Positions 1 through 8,457 of a DNA stretch of 32,000 nucleotides are shown in pieces. Source of the stretch: an uncultured Opitutales bacterium (GTDB lineage: Bacteria > Verrucomicrobiota > Verrucomicrobiia > Opitutales > UBA9783). The notes below the pieces were generated by a model. It made no database searches. It saw nothing but the letters and a program-made list of their open reading frames with translations, and was not told where the DNA came from. The DNA is taken from contig CAKUSQ010000001.1 in assembly GCA_934691225.1 (NCBI GenBank), forward strand, positions 210,001-242,000, in the 5' to 3' direction. The translations under genes and the position numbers were made by a program. Positions within the stretch are counted from its first letter, which is position 1; each line of letters opens with the position of its first letter.

Positions 1-138
1 CACATGAGTGACTCAGTTCTATCACCGGACATTCGTTATGCGGAATGTTAGGCCATAATATACGATACAGATAAATTGGCATGAAAATATTGTAATAAAA
101 ACCTATTTTATTTTCAAGAAACTTCCAAAAATTTTGAC

Positions 139-609
139 TTAATCCAAATCTAATTGACAGGGTAAATCATTAGAACCAATCTTTACAAAAAATCCTGCGT
201 TTCCTCCTGCAGCTTTCCTTTCTTGTACCATTTTCACAGGGCTAATAGATCGTTCAATCCAAACTACAGGATTCGCTTCAAATGTAAAATGTTTTTGAAA
301 TAAAGGCGTATGCATAAATAATCGCCCCAAATTTGAAAAAAGAAAATGTGACATATCTTTCGTCACTTCACCTTCTAATTTTACTTCCCAGTTAGAATAT
401 GAACAAAAATTATACACGGTTTGAATGCAATCCGAACGCATATCCCACAAGAAATTTATTGTATCATTTGAACCTTCTTGAAAAGAAATTCTCGTATCTG
501 TATCAGGCAATAATAACAATGGAAGCTCTTTAACAAACGGCTTATTTACAAAACACTCATAAGTAAAGAAGCAAAAAAACAGCCCACAAATCCAAAGTAC
601 AATTTTCAC
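139..609 (-). CDS. hypothetical membrane-anchored protein, last gene of the ExbB/ExbD-type cluster (possible TonB/TolA-like partner)
   Basis: 156-aa ORF. GTG start overlaps the exbD-like stop (GTGA at 606-609). N-terminal hydrophobic helix IVLWICGLFFCFFTY. No motif I recognise in the rest. Confidence 0.45.
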   Translation of the reverse strand: MKIVLWICGLFFCFFTYECFVNKPFVKELPLLLLPDTDTRISFQEGSNDTINFLWDMRSDCIQTVYNFCSYSNWEVKLEGEVTKDMSHFLFSNLGRLFMHTPLFQKHFTFEANPVVWIERSISPVKMVQERKAAGGNAGFFVKIGSNDLPCQLDLD

Positions 610-1046
610 AATTCTACCACTGAAACAACCACTGATTTATACCCAAAAACCTTAGCTTTGTCTATAATAGCTAAAACATTTTTTAATGCCACACTTTCAT
701 CAACCTGAAGCATCAATCTTTCAATATTACACGTTCTTACATCAAATAAATGCTCTAGTTGGTTAAAATTATAACATTTTCTGTTAAAAAAAATTCGCAA
801 TTGTCCATCCACCATTAACACATCACCTATTGGCAAAGCCGAAGTGTAAGCTGTTCCCGATGAGACTTTGGGTAAACTCACCTGTAACCCCGGCGGACAT
901 AACCATTTTGAACTCAGCAAAAACAAACCTAATCCCAATGTTAAAATATTAACGAACGGAACCCAACGCAAAGGCAAAGCATTTACATTCAATAGCTCCA
1001 ATTGTGATAATAAACCTAAACGTTCAAAAGAATTAATCAGCTTCAT
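606..1046 (-). CDS. ExbD/TolR-family biopolymer transport protein
   Basis: 146 aa. ATG at 1046. Single N-proximal TM (VPFVNILTLGLGLFLLS) followed by a small periplasmic domain, which is the size and topology typical of ExbD/TolR. Overlaps the upstream exbB-like gene by 14 nt. Confidence 0.75.
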   Translation of the reverse strand: MKLINSFERLGLLSQLELLNVNALPLRWVPFVNILTLGLGLFLLSSKWLCPPGLQVSLPKVSSGTAYTSALPIGDVLMVDGQLRIFFNRKCYNFNQLEHLFDVRTCNIERLMLQVDESVALKNVLAIIDKAKVFGYKSVVVSVVEL

Positions 1047-1662
1047 TTTGATGCTTTACATCCTTTTTTAAGAATAACAATAAATCGCTCACAGCCCATT
1101 CCATGTCAAAAATCAAGGCACGAACTCTTCCCATTAAAAAATGATATGCCGCATAAAACAAAAACATTTCTAATAAGCCCAAAAAAGTTACTGATAATGC
1201 CGAAATGATGTACGGAGAAAAACTAGTTAGTTGCGTATAAGCTTGTAAAGAACCTAATGTCCAAAAACCTTTTAATAAAAAAAATACAGTCCCTATCAAA
1301 CCAATTAACGAAGAAAATTGTCCCATAACACGCAACGATTCAATACGCTTTCTCAATAAAGGCAATTCCAACAATGCATTTTTCTGTAAAATTGCTTCTA
1401 AAACTACCGGCGACTCATTTTCATTTATGAGTGCAATCTTCATTAAGCGTGCAACTGCACCTGGCGTTTCTTCACACAAAGTAATGGCTTCCATTATTCT
1501 ATTTTTCAGTAGAAGATTTTTAATACCTTGCAAAAAACCTTCAGGACGCACCTGCCCTTTATGTAAAAAAATAAAACGCTCTAAAAAAAATATAATGCCT
1601 AAACCACCCAAAATCCCTAAGGGATATACAAACCACTCTATTGTTTTTACAATGTCTAACAT
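1033..1662 (-). CDS. MotA/TolQ/ExbB-family proton-channel protein
   Basis: 209 aa with three hydrophobic segments. Contains the conserved-type segment SSLIGLIGTVFFLLKGF typical of ExbB/TolQ. Starts 3 nt after the upstream TPR gene stop. Confidence 0.8.
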   Translation of the reverse strand: MLDIVKTIEWFVYPLGILGGLGIIFFLERFIFLHKGQVRPEGFLQGIKNLLLKNRIMEAITLCEETPGAVARLMKIALINENESPVVLEAILQKNALLELPLLRKRIESLRVMGQFSSLIGLIGTVFFLLKGFWTLGSLQAYTQLTSFSPYIISALSVTFLGLLEMFLFYAAYHFLMGRVRALIFDMEWAVSDLLLFLKKDVKHQNEAD

Positions 1663-1665
1663 GGT

Positions 1666-2691
1666 CTAATTTTTACTTGTCGGCTTATAAATGACACGAC
1701 CAAAACAACGATCTGCCCATGTCATAGGCATAACATTTTCTGAATTAGCACTATCCATTCGCTCTTCAGCCACATCAGCCACTTTCGAAATAGGTGCGAT
1801 CAAACGAACTTCATTGTAAAAAATAACAGCACCTTGCGGATAACTTCTACGCTGTAAGAAAAAATCTCCTAAAACCAGCCGACTCTCCGCATACAATTCC
1901 AAAGCTTTCTGCAACCCTTGCTTTGCTTGTTCTGTTTCTATCTTCAAATGTTCATCCTGCTCAAAAAATTGCAAATAATCCTCATAACAAAGAATAGCTT
2001 TTCTCGTCATTCCCTGATCATTTTGCGGACCATTAACAAAAGACAAATAAATCTCTGCTTGAAACAAATAAGCTTGAGGTACCCATTCGCTTCCTGGGTA
2101 ATTTTCAATTAAGCGATCTAAAGCCTCCACTGCTTTTTGCTTATTGCCTGAGACGTACTCAAGTTTTGCCATAAAAAAAAGTGCTTTAGGTGCATTTTCA
2201 GAACGAGGCGCCATCGTTATAATATGATTAAAACAATCAATCGCAGGCTGTGCATCCTTAAACCATGATAACCACTTCTTAGATTTTACTTGTTCATAAT
2301 ATTGCATCAATTTACACGCAACCTCGAATTCTTCAACGATAACCTCACTATAATGATCGTAAGCAATATAATTTTTAGTAACAAATTTCAACTTTTCAAA
2401 AGCTTGCTCGTAACGACCTAATGCTTTTAATGCATGGCCCCAAGCATGAAAAACAGATGGCGCAATATCTGTTTCTAAATAATGTTTTCCGACATACGAA
2501 TACTGTTTAAAAGCACCCTCAAAATTGCCTAAGTCCTCTAATCGCTTACCTTTCTGAAACCTTTCAACAGCGATCTTTTCTCGAGCAACACTCTTCATGG
2601 AAATCTGAGAAGGCGGGATATCGTTATGAACTGTTTTAAAACATCCTGATAATAAAACACATCCTAAAATTAAAAACAAATTTGATTTCAT
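1666..2691 (-). CDS. TPR-repeat lipoprotein (BamD/YbgF(CpoB)-like)
   Basis: I prefer the start at 2691 (MKSNLFLILGCVLLSGC has a lipobox LSGC). That ATG overlaps the fabH stop as ATGA (2688-2691). Multiple TPR-like repeats and the segment LIENYPGSEWVPQAYLFQAEIYL resemble BamD/YbgF proteins. Confidence 0.7.
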   Translation of the reverse strand: MKSNLFLILGCVLLSGCFKTVHNDIPPSQISMKSVAREKIAVERFQKGKRLEDLGNFEGAFKQYSYVGKHYLETDIAPSVFHAWGHALKALGRYEQAFEKLKFVTKNYIAYDHYSEVIVEEFEVACKLMQYYEQVKSKKWLSWFKDAQPAIDCFNHIITMAPRSENAPKALFFMAKLEYVSGNKQKAVEALDRLIENYPGSEWVPQAYLFQAEIYLSFVNGPQNDQGMTRKAILCYEDYLQFFEQDEHLKIETEQAKQGLQKALELYAESRLVLGDFFLQRRSYPQGAVIFYNEVRLIAPISKVADVAEERMDSANSENVMPMTWADRCFGRVIYKPTSKN

Positions 2692-3686
2692 TCTGTATAT
2701 CTTATTAAAGTTGCACCCCACGTTAAACCTCCACCAAAAGCGACTAAAACAATGTAATCACCTACTTTGAAATGCCCCTGCTCTTTAGCTTGTGCAAATG
2801 CAATTGGAATAGAAGCTGCAGATGTGTTTCCTGTTTTATCCAAATTACAGAAAACATGCTCCATAGGCAAATCCAACATTTGTGCTAACGATTGAATAAT
2901 TCGCAAATTTGCTTGATGTGGAATTAAACAAGCGATATCCGATTTCGACAAATGATTACGCGCTAACAAATCATTAACCGATTTAGCCATTAACCGCACA
3001 GCCATCTTAAAGACTTCTTTGCCATTCATCGAAATATAATGTAAATTCTCTGCTAAAGTTTCTTGTGAAGTTGGTCGAAGAGAACCACCCGCCGGCAAAC
3101 AAAGCATATCCGGTTGCGATCCATCAGCACCTAAAATTCCATCTAAAATTCCAACACCCGACATCTCTTGCTTTTCAAGTACAAAAGCTCCTGCCCCATC
3201 ACCAAACAACACACACGTTGCCCTGTCTTGCCAATTTACAATGGAAGACAATTTTTCACTGCCTATAACCAGTGCGCGCCGATAATATTGGCTTTTCAAC
3301 AAATGCGCCGCCACTTCTAAAGCGTATAAAAAACCTGAACACGCCGCATTTATATCCAACGACATTACATTTCTCAATCCCAATTTAGCCTGCAAAATAG
3401 CGGCTGTTGAAGGGAATGGCATGTCAGGCGTAACAGTAGCAACTATTAAAAGATCAATATCTGAAGGTTGAACATTTGCATCCTTTAAAGCTTTTTCAGC
3501 CGCTTGAAAACCTAATGAAGAACAAGATTCATCCCCCGCAGCAATATGCCGTTCAACGATTCCTGTACGCGTACGGATCCATTCATCAGAAGTGTCTACT
3601 CTTTTAGCTAAATCATCGTTCGTTAATACACATTTAGGTAAATAATATCCAACCCCTTTAACTAAAACTGAAAATTTATCACTCAT
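2688..3686 (-). CDS. fabH: 3-oxoacyl-ACP synthase III
   Basis: 332 aa. Active-site Cys context DINAACSGFLYAL, the HQAN His motif and the GNTSAAS Asn motif. Sits directly after plsX. Confidence 0.95.
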   Translation of the reverse strand: MSDKFSVLVKGVGYYLPKCVLTNDDLAKRVDTSDEWIRTRTGIVERHIAAGDESCSSLGFQAAEKALKDANVQPSDIDLLIVATVTPDMPFPSTAAILQAKLGLRNVMSLDINAACSGFLYALEVAAHLLKSQYYRRALVIGSEKLSSIVNWQDRATCVLFGDGAGAFVLEKQEMSGVGILDGILGADGSQPDMLCLPAGGSLRPTSQETLAENLHYISMNGKEVFKMAVRLMAKSVNDLLARNHLSKSDIACLIPHQANLRIIQSLAQMLDLPMEHVFCNLDKTGNTSAASIPIAFAQAKEQGHFKVGDYIVLVAFGGGLTWGATLIRYTE

Positions 3687-4764
3687 GCTTATTATCCTCG
3701 GTAGAATTTATAAGTACATTGGCTGCTGAAATATCAGCTTCAACATCCTTAAAATCACACACGTCTAAACAATTTAAACAAACATTTAAAGCACCCGCAA
3801 CTGCACTTGCCTTACTGGCTCCATGCGATTTAAACACCCAACCATTAAGCCCTAATAAAGGAGCACCACTGAATTTATCAGGTGAAAATTGGCACTTCAT
3901 ACAATCAAAAACACCACGTGCAAGCACAGCCCCCAGCTTTCGAATATAAGAACGATTAAACTCCTCACGAAGAAATTCCTTCAAATTCAAAAACAATGAC
4001 TCACACACTTTTAGTAAAATATTGCCAACAAAACCATCGCACACGACAACATCCACGTTATCTGCAAATAAATCAAAGCCCTCTATCAATCCTTTGTAAT
4101 TTAACCGATCACCCTCCAAAGCTTTTAGAATTTCATGTGTTTTTTGCACCAATTCGTTTCCCTTGCCTTCTTCCGTACCTATCGTCAAAAGACCAACTCG
4201 AGGGCTTGAATGATGCAGAACCGCTTTGGCAAAATGTGCTCCCAAAATGGCATTATGAACTAAATTATGCGTTGTTGTATTTGGGTTAGCTCCCACATCA
4301 ATTAAAACAAAACGATGTGTACGCGTTGGAATAACACTGGCTAACGCAGGCTTTATAACACCAGGCATCGTTCGCAGCGTTAATGTACTTCCTGCCATCA
4401 AACTACCTGTATTCCCACAGCTTAAAACAGCCTCTGCTTCACCCTGTTTGACGAGATTTATACAGCGAAACATCGATGCATCTTTTTTATGTTTCAATGT
4501 ATGCATCGGTTTTTCATCCATCTCAATGAATTGCGTGGCTTGAACAACCCCTATCTTATCGCAATTTAGCAAATCATTTTCCTTCAATAAAGGATCAATA
4601 ACTGCTGGATCACCTACCAAAAAAAGCTTACCAAATCGCTGAGCTTCCGCACTTAAAGCCATCCGAACACCCGCAATTATCTGCTGAGGTCCACCATCAG
4701 ACCCCATAACATCTACTGCGATCCGCGGTAATTTTTTCTGCGGATGCTCATCATTTGATTGCAT
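3679..4764 (-). CDS. plsX: phosphate acyltransferase PlsX
   Basis: 361 aa. Motifs VDVMGSDGGP and CGNTGSLMA. Classic rpmF-plsX-fabH order. Confidence 0.93.
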   Translation of the reverse strand: MQSNDEHPQKKLPRIAVDVMGSDGGPQQIIAGVRMALSAEAQRFGKLFLVGDPAVIDPLLKENDLLNCDKIGVVQATQFIEMDEKPMHTLKHKKDASMFRCINLVKQGEAEAVLSCGNTGSLMAGSTLTLRTMPGVIKPALASVIPTRTHRFVLIDVGANPNTTTHNLVHNAILGAHFAKAVLHHSSPRVGLLTIGTEEGKGNELVQKTHEILKALEGDRLNYKGLIEGFDLFADNVDVVVCDGFVGNILLKVCESLFLNLKEFLREEFNRSYIRKLGAVLARGVFDCMKCQFSPDKFSGAPLLGLNGWVFKSHGASKASAVAGALNVCLNCLDVCDFKDVEADISAANVLINSTEDNKHE

Positions 4765-4773
4765 GAGAAATAC

Positions 4774-4953
4774 TTACAATTCCACGTCTATAACCTGACG
4801 ATCGCGGTACATACCGGTCTCAGGATTAACTCTATGTGGCATCACTAAACTTCCATCCGCTGGATCTTTAGCCAATATCGGCATCTTAAAATTGTGAGCA
4901 CCACGCCTTAAACGACTGCGCATTTTTGATTGTTTTCTTTTAGGTTGTCCCAT
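4774..4953 (-). CDS. rpmF: 50S ribosomal protein L32
   Basis: Not in the ORF track because it is 59 aa. My hand translation is MGQPKRKQSKMRSRLRRGAHNFKMPILAKDPADGSLVMPHRVNPETGMYRDRQVIDVEL. It has the L32-type N-terminus PKRKxSKxRxxxRRxH, a GGAG just upstream of the ATG, and lies 9 nt upstream of plsX. Confidence 0.85.
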   Translation of the reverse strand: MGQPKRKQSKMRSRLRRGAHNFKMPILAKDPADGSLVMPHRVNPETGMYRDRQVIDVEL

Positions 4954-4983
4954 AATGAACTCCGTTACTCAATAATAAATAGT

Positions 4984-5012
4984 AGTAAAACCTCCCTATT
5001 TATTTTCGTCAA
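4984..5012 (-). promoter_or_regulatory. candidate sigma70-type promoter for the rpmF-plsX-fabH unit
   Basis: On the minus strand: TTGACG (5012-5007), 17-nt spacer, TTTACT (4989-4984). It lies about 30 nt upstream of the rpmF ATG. Confidence 0.35.
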
Positions 5013-5024
5013 GTTTTATTTTAC

Positions 5025-5040
5025 ACAGATAAGTATCTGT
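5025..5040. promoter_or_regulatory. perfect 7+2+7 palindrome ACAGATA-AG-TATCTGT (possible operator)
   Basis: Read directly from the sequence. It sits 12 nt upstream of the candidate -35, between tRNA-Pro and rpmF. The 2-nt centre is too short for a stable RNA hairpin loop. Confidence 0.25.
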
Positions 5041-5071
5041 TACTAAAAATGACATAGGAAATATTTTTACT

Positions 5072-5148
5072 TGGTCGGGATGACCGGATTCGAACCAGCG
5101 ACGTCTACGTCCCGAACGTAGCGCTCTACCAGACTGAGCTACATCCCG
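5072..5148 (-). tRNA. tRNA-Pro (anticodon CGG)
   Basis: Reverse complement folds as a 77-nt cloverleaf. Acceptor CGGGATG/CATCCCG, D arm GCTC/GAGC, anticodon stem CTACG/CGTAG with loop TTCGGGA, T loop TTCGAAT, and an encoded ACCA 3' end. Confidence 0.93.
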
Positions 5149-5177
5149 CAAACAAACTCAATAACAAAACAAAAACA

Positions 5178-5657
5178 TTAATCGATCAAGCTTTTTAATG
5201 AGAAAAAATAACACAATGCAGCTGCCATTGCATCCGATTCATCCGGTGGCAAAACAGAAGAAAGTTTCAATATTTGCATAACCATTTTCCCTACCTGATC
5301 TTTTGTAGCTTGTCCTACACCAACAACTGCTTTTTTTATACGCAAAGGAGGAAACTCTTTAACAGGAACCCCATGCAAAGCCACTGCACTTAAACAAGCT
5401 CCTCGTGCGGATCCCAACACGTGTGCAACCTTAAAATTTTGAACGTAAACTGTCTCTTCTAAACCAACCGCCTTTATATTGTACTGTGAAAAAAAACGTT
5501 CTGTTGTTAAAAAAATTTCTCCTAAACACTCAACAAAAGATTTTCTAGAGGACAACTTCAATGTTAACGAATCTACGCAACGCATAGCACCGCTTTCAGA
5601 AACCTCCAATACACCAAAACCAGAACCTCTTAAACTAGGATCTATTCCTAAAATCAT
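5178..5657 (-). CDS. ruvC: crossover junction endodeoxyribonuclease RuvC
   Basis: N-terminus MILGIDPSLRGSGFGV is RuvC-like, and there is a C-terminal acidic motif DESDAMAAAL. The ORF track extends to 5750. I prefer the ATG at 5657 (alternative 5678) by analogy to the RuvC N-terminus. Confidence 0.88.
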   Translation of the reverse strand: MILGIDPSLRGSGFGVLEVSESGAMRCVDSLTLKLSSRKSFVECLGEIFLTTERFFSQYNIKAVGLEETVYVQNFKVAHVLGSARGACLSAVALHGVPVKEFPPLRIKKAVVGVGQATKDQVGKMVMQILKLSSVLPPDESDAMAAALCYFFSLKSLID

Positions 5658-5742
5658 CCCAGAAAAACCTGCACGCATCGCAAGTAAAGGCTTACGTTTT
5701 GAAGCTTTACCCAACAATTTTGCCGTCCATAAAGCTCGACGG

Positions 5743-6468
5743 CTACTCATTCGATGAAGACCTTTGTGAATTTTTTAAAGGAGGAATACGCAACTTCATC
5801 CCTATCTTTAAACTGTTTGCAGACGGCAAAACATCCCGATTAGCATCGTAAATGACGTTCCATTTTACGGCACTACCATACATTTTTAAACTAATTTTAG
5901 ACAAAGAATCTTCATTTTGAACAACATAAATACGTTCTTTTGTATTCGATTCTTTAGCTACCGGCACCACTTCTCCAACATTTTTTGTCGCTTTCTCTTT
6001 AGCAACACGTGACTTTACCAATTGCAACTTTAAACGCGCATTCTCAGCACGTACCTGTTTTAAAACTTCAATCAAATTTAAATACTCAGGCGATTCAGTA
6101 TAGCGATCGTTTAACGGCAATGTCCTTGCAAATTCTTTTTTAGCCGTTTCAATCATCTGTAAAACCAAATGCGCACGTCTACCTTCCGGCGCCTGAATTA
6201 AATACTGACGAAAATGATAAATCGAAAATATAGGATCTTTTCTTATACTTAAATACAACTGTCCCAACTCAAAATGAGATTCAGGGCATGATGCTGGACG
6301 CGATTCAACCACACGATTAAATAACTTAAACGCTTCTTCATCGCGATTTTCATTCAAATACTGCTGAGCTTTCTGGAACGAAGGATCATTTGTTTCATCA
6401 ACATTTTCTCCACTTTTATGGCAGCCCCACAAAAAACTACAAACAGCGAGTATTAGAAAACGACGCAT
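5743..6468 (-). CDS. lipoprotein with TPR-like/coiled-coil region and C-terminal LysM domain
   Basis: I prefer the start at 6468 (MRRFLILAVCSFLWGC has a lipobox). The C-terminus YVVQNEDSLSKISLKMYGSAVKWNVIYDANRDVLPSANSLKIGMKLRIP matches the LysM pattern. Confidence 0.75.
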   Translation of the reverse strand: MRRFLILAVCSFLWGCHKSGENVDETNDPSFQKAQQYLNENRDEEAFKLFNRVVESRPASCPESHFELGQLYLSIRKDPIFSIYHFRQYLIQAPEGRRAHLVLQMIETAKKEFARTLPLNDRYTESPEYLNLIEVLKQVRAENARLKLQLVKSRVAKEKATKNVGEVVPVAKESNTKERIYVVQNEDSLSKISLKMYGSAVKWNVIYDANRDVLPSANSLKIGMKLRIPPLKNSQRSSSNE

Positions 6469-6556
6469 CTTTATTAACTTCACACAATGCAAAAAAAACT
6501 GCAAGACAAAAATCCTAATGAAAGCGAACTTTACTTTATCGTCCGCTTTCACTTTA

Positions 6557-8407
6557 TCATTTCCGCATAGATTCTGGCAACAAACGATCCTTAATTTCCG
6601 TCTTTAAAAGCTCTATAATCGACTCAACTGAATATACACCTTCACGACTTGGTTGGCAACGTGAACGTACGGAAACAGAATTTCCATCACGCTCCTTAGC
6701 ACCTACCACAAAAACGTAAGGAACTTTTTCGCTTTCTGCCTGTCGTATCTTTGCACCTAATTTTTCTGAATGATCATCCACAGAACAACGAATTCCTTCG
6801 GCACGCAGACATTCATAAATTTTATCAGCGTAGGGAATTAATTCATCGTTAATCGGCAAAATACGAACTTGTTCTGGTGATAACCACAATGGGAAATCTC
6901 CACCAAAATGCTCTATAAGCAAACCACAAAAACGCTCCATGGAACCAAAAGGCGCACGATGAATCATAATAGGAACGTGTGGTTGATTATCTGAACCCAC
7001 ATAAGAAATCTTGAAACGATAAGGCAAATTATAATCTACCTGTATCGTTCCCAACTGCCACTCGCGACCTAATACATCTCGGACAATAAAATCTAATTTC
7101 GGACCATAAAATGCCGCTTCACCCTTAGCTTCAACAGCCGGTTTTGCTAACTGTTTAGCCGCCTTACGCAAACCATCTTCAGCTTTTTCCCAAAGCGCAT
7201 CATCACCAATATATTTATTAGAAGCAGGATCTCTCAATGAAATACGAACACGATAATCACTCATACCTAGCGTCGTGAAAATGATGTTAATCAACTTTAA
7301 ACATCCCGTCAACTCATCTTCCAACTGATCTTCTCGACAAAATATATGCGCATCATCTTGCGTAAATCCACGCACACGCGTTAAGCCACCTAATTCACCT
7401 GATTGTTCCCAACGATAAACCGTCCCAAATTCGGCCATGCGTACAGGAAGATCTCGATAAGAATGCGGTTGTGAAGCATATAAACGCACATGCATTGGAC
7501 AATTCATAGGTTTTAGCAAAAATCCTTCTACATCTACCTTTTCTTCCAAATGCTCACGCAATTCCTCGCATGATTGCGAACTTTCTAAAACTTTATTAAA
7601 ACTATCACGATCCCAAATCGGTGCAAATTGTGAATCCTTATAATAAGGATAATGCCCTGAAACTCTGAACAAATCCAACTTACCTATGTGTGGTGTCATC
7701 ACCTGCACATATCCTTGCTTATCCAATTCACTTTCCAAAAACGATTGCAGTTGCTTTCGTAAAATAGTCCCCTTCGGAGTCCATAAAATAAGACCCTGTC
7801 CAACTAAATTATCAATCGTAAATAAATTCAATTTTACACCTAATTTACGATGATCATGCTCCTTAGCTAATTCTAATTGCTTCAGGTACGTTTCTAATGC
7901 TTCCTGCGAAGCAAAAGCTGTTCCATAAATACGTTGCAATTGTTGTTTGTGTTCATCTCCACGATAATAACATCCAGCGATACTCAACAACTTAACAGCC
8001 TTGACAGCTCCTGTACGCGCAACATGGGGTCCACGACATAAATCTAAAAAATCTCCATTACGATACAGTGTTACCGTTTCATCTTCAGGAATATCAGCTA
8101 AACGTTCCAACTTATACGGCTGTTGCAAGGCACGCATTTGTGCTTCTGCCTCCTGGCGCGAAACTTCTATGCGCTCAAAAGGATAATCGTCCGCAATAAT
8201 TTTTTTCATTTCCGCTTCGATCGCTTCTAAATCTTTTGCGGTTAACGTTCGAGGCAAATCAAAGTCGTAATAAAAACCATTATCTATCGCCGGTCCAATA
8301 TCGTACTTTGCGGACGGAAATAGCCTTAAAACAGCGGCACCCAGTATATGTGCTGCAGAATGCCTCAACTGCTTTAAATCCTCATTTTGCCTTTCATCCA
8401 TATTCAT
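6557..8407 (-). CDS. thrS: threonyl-tRNA synthetase (no N-terminal TGS domain)
   Basis: Motifs RHSAAHILG (editing domain), KPMNCPMH, RVRGFTQDDAHIFC, AFYGPKLDF and HRAPFGSMERF. The track start at 8425 is TTG. The first ATGs are at 8407 and 8401. Confidence 0.93.
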   Translation of the reverse strand: MNMDERQNEDLKQLRHSAAHILGAAVLRLFPSAKYDIGPAIDNGFYYDFDLPRTLTAKDLEAIEAEMKKIIADDYPFERIEVSRQEAEAQMRALQQPYKLERLADIPEDETVTLYRNGDFLDLCRGPHVARTGAVKAVKLLSIAGCYYRGDEHKQQLQRIYGTAFASQEALETYLKQLELAKEHDHRKLGVKLNLFTIDNLVGQGLILWTPKGTILRKQLQSFLESELDKQGYVQVMTPHIGKLDLFRVSGHYPYYKDSQFAPIWDRDSFNKVLESSQSCEELREHLEEKVDVEGFLLKPMNCPMHVRLYASQPHSYRDLPVRMAEFGTVYRWEQSGELGGLTRVRGFTQDDAHIFCREDQLEDELTGCLKLINIIFTTLGMSDYRVRISLRDPASNKYIGDDALWEKAEDGLRKAAKQLAKPAVEAKGEAAFYGPKLDFIVRDVLGREWQLGTIQVDYNLPYRFKISYVGSDNQPHVPIMIHRAPFGSMERFCGLLIEHFGGDFPLWLSPEQVRILPINDELIPYADKIYECLRAEGIRCSVDDHSEKLGAKIRQAESEKVPYVFVVGAKERDGNSVSVRSRCQPSREGVYSVESIIELLKTEIKDRLLPESMRK

Positions 8408-8457
8408 AACACTAACATGACACAAGCTTAAATAACTTGCAAGTTGTTTTAACGAGT

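Noticed and set aside
1-138. Possible partial genes at the left edge: a plus-strand frame ending in TAG at 49-51, or a minus-strand ORF starting at ATG 82 and running off the window
   Set aside because: Both frames are open but too short (about 17 and 27 codons) to tell apart. Neither translation is recognisable, so I made no call.
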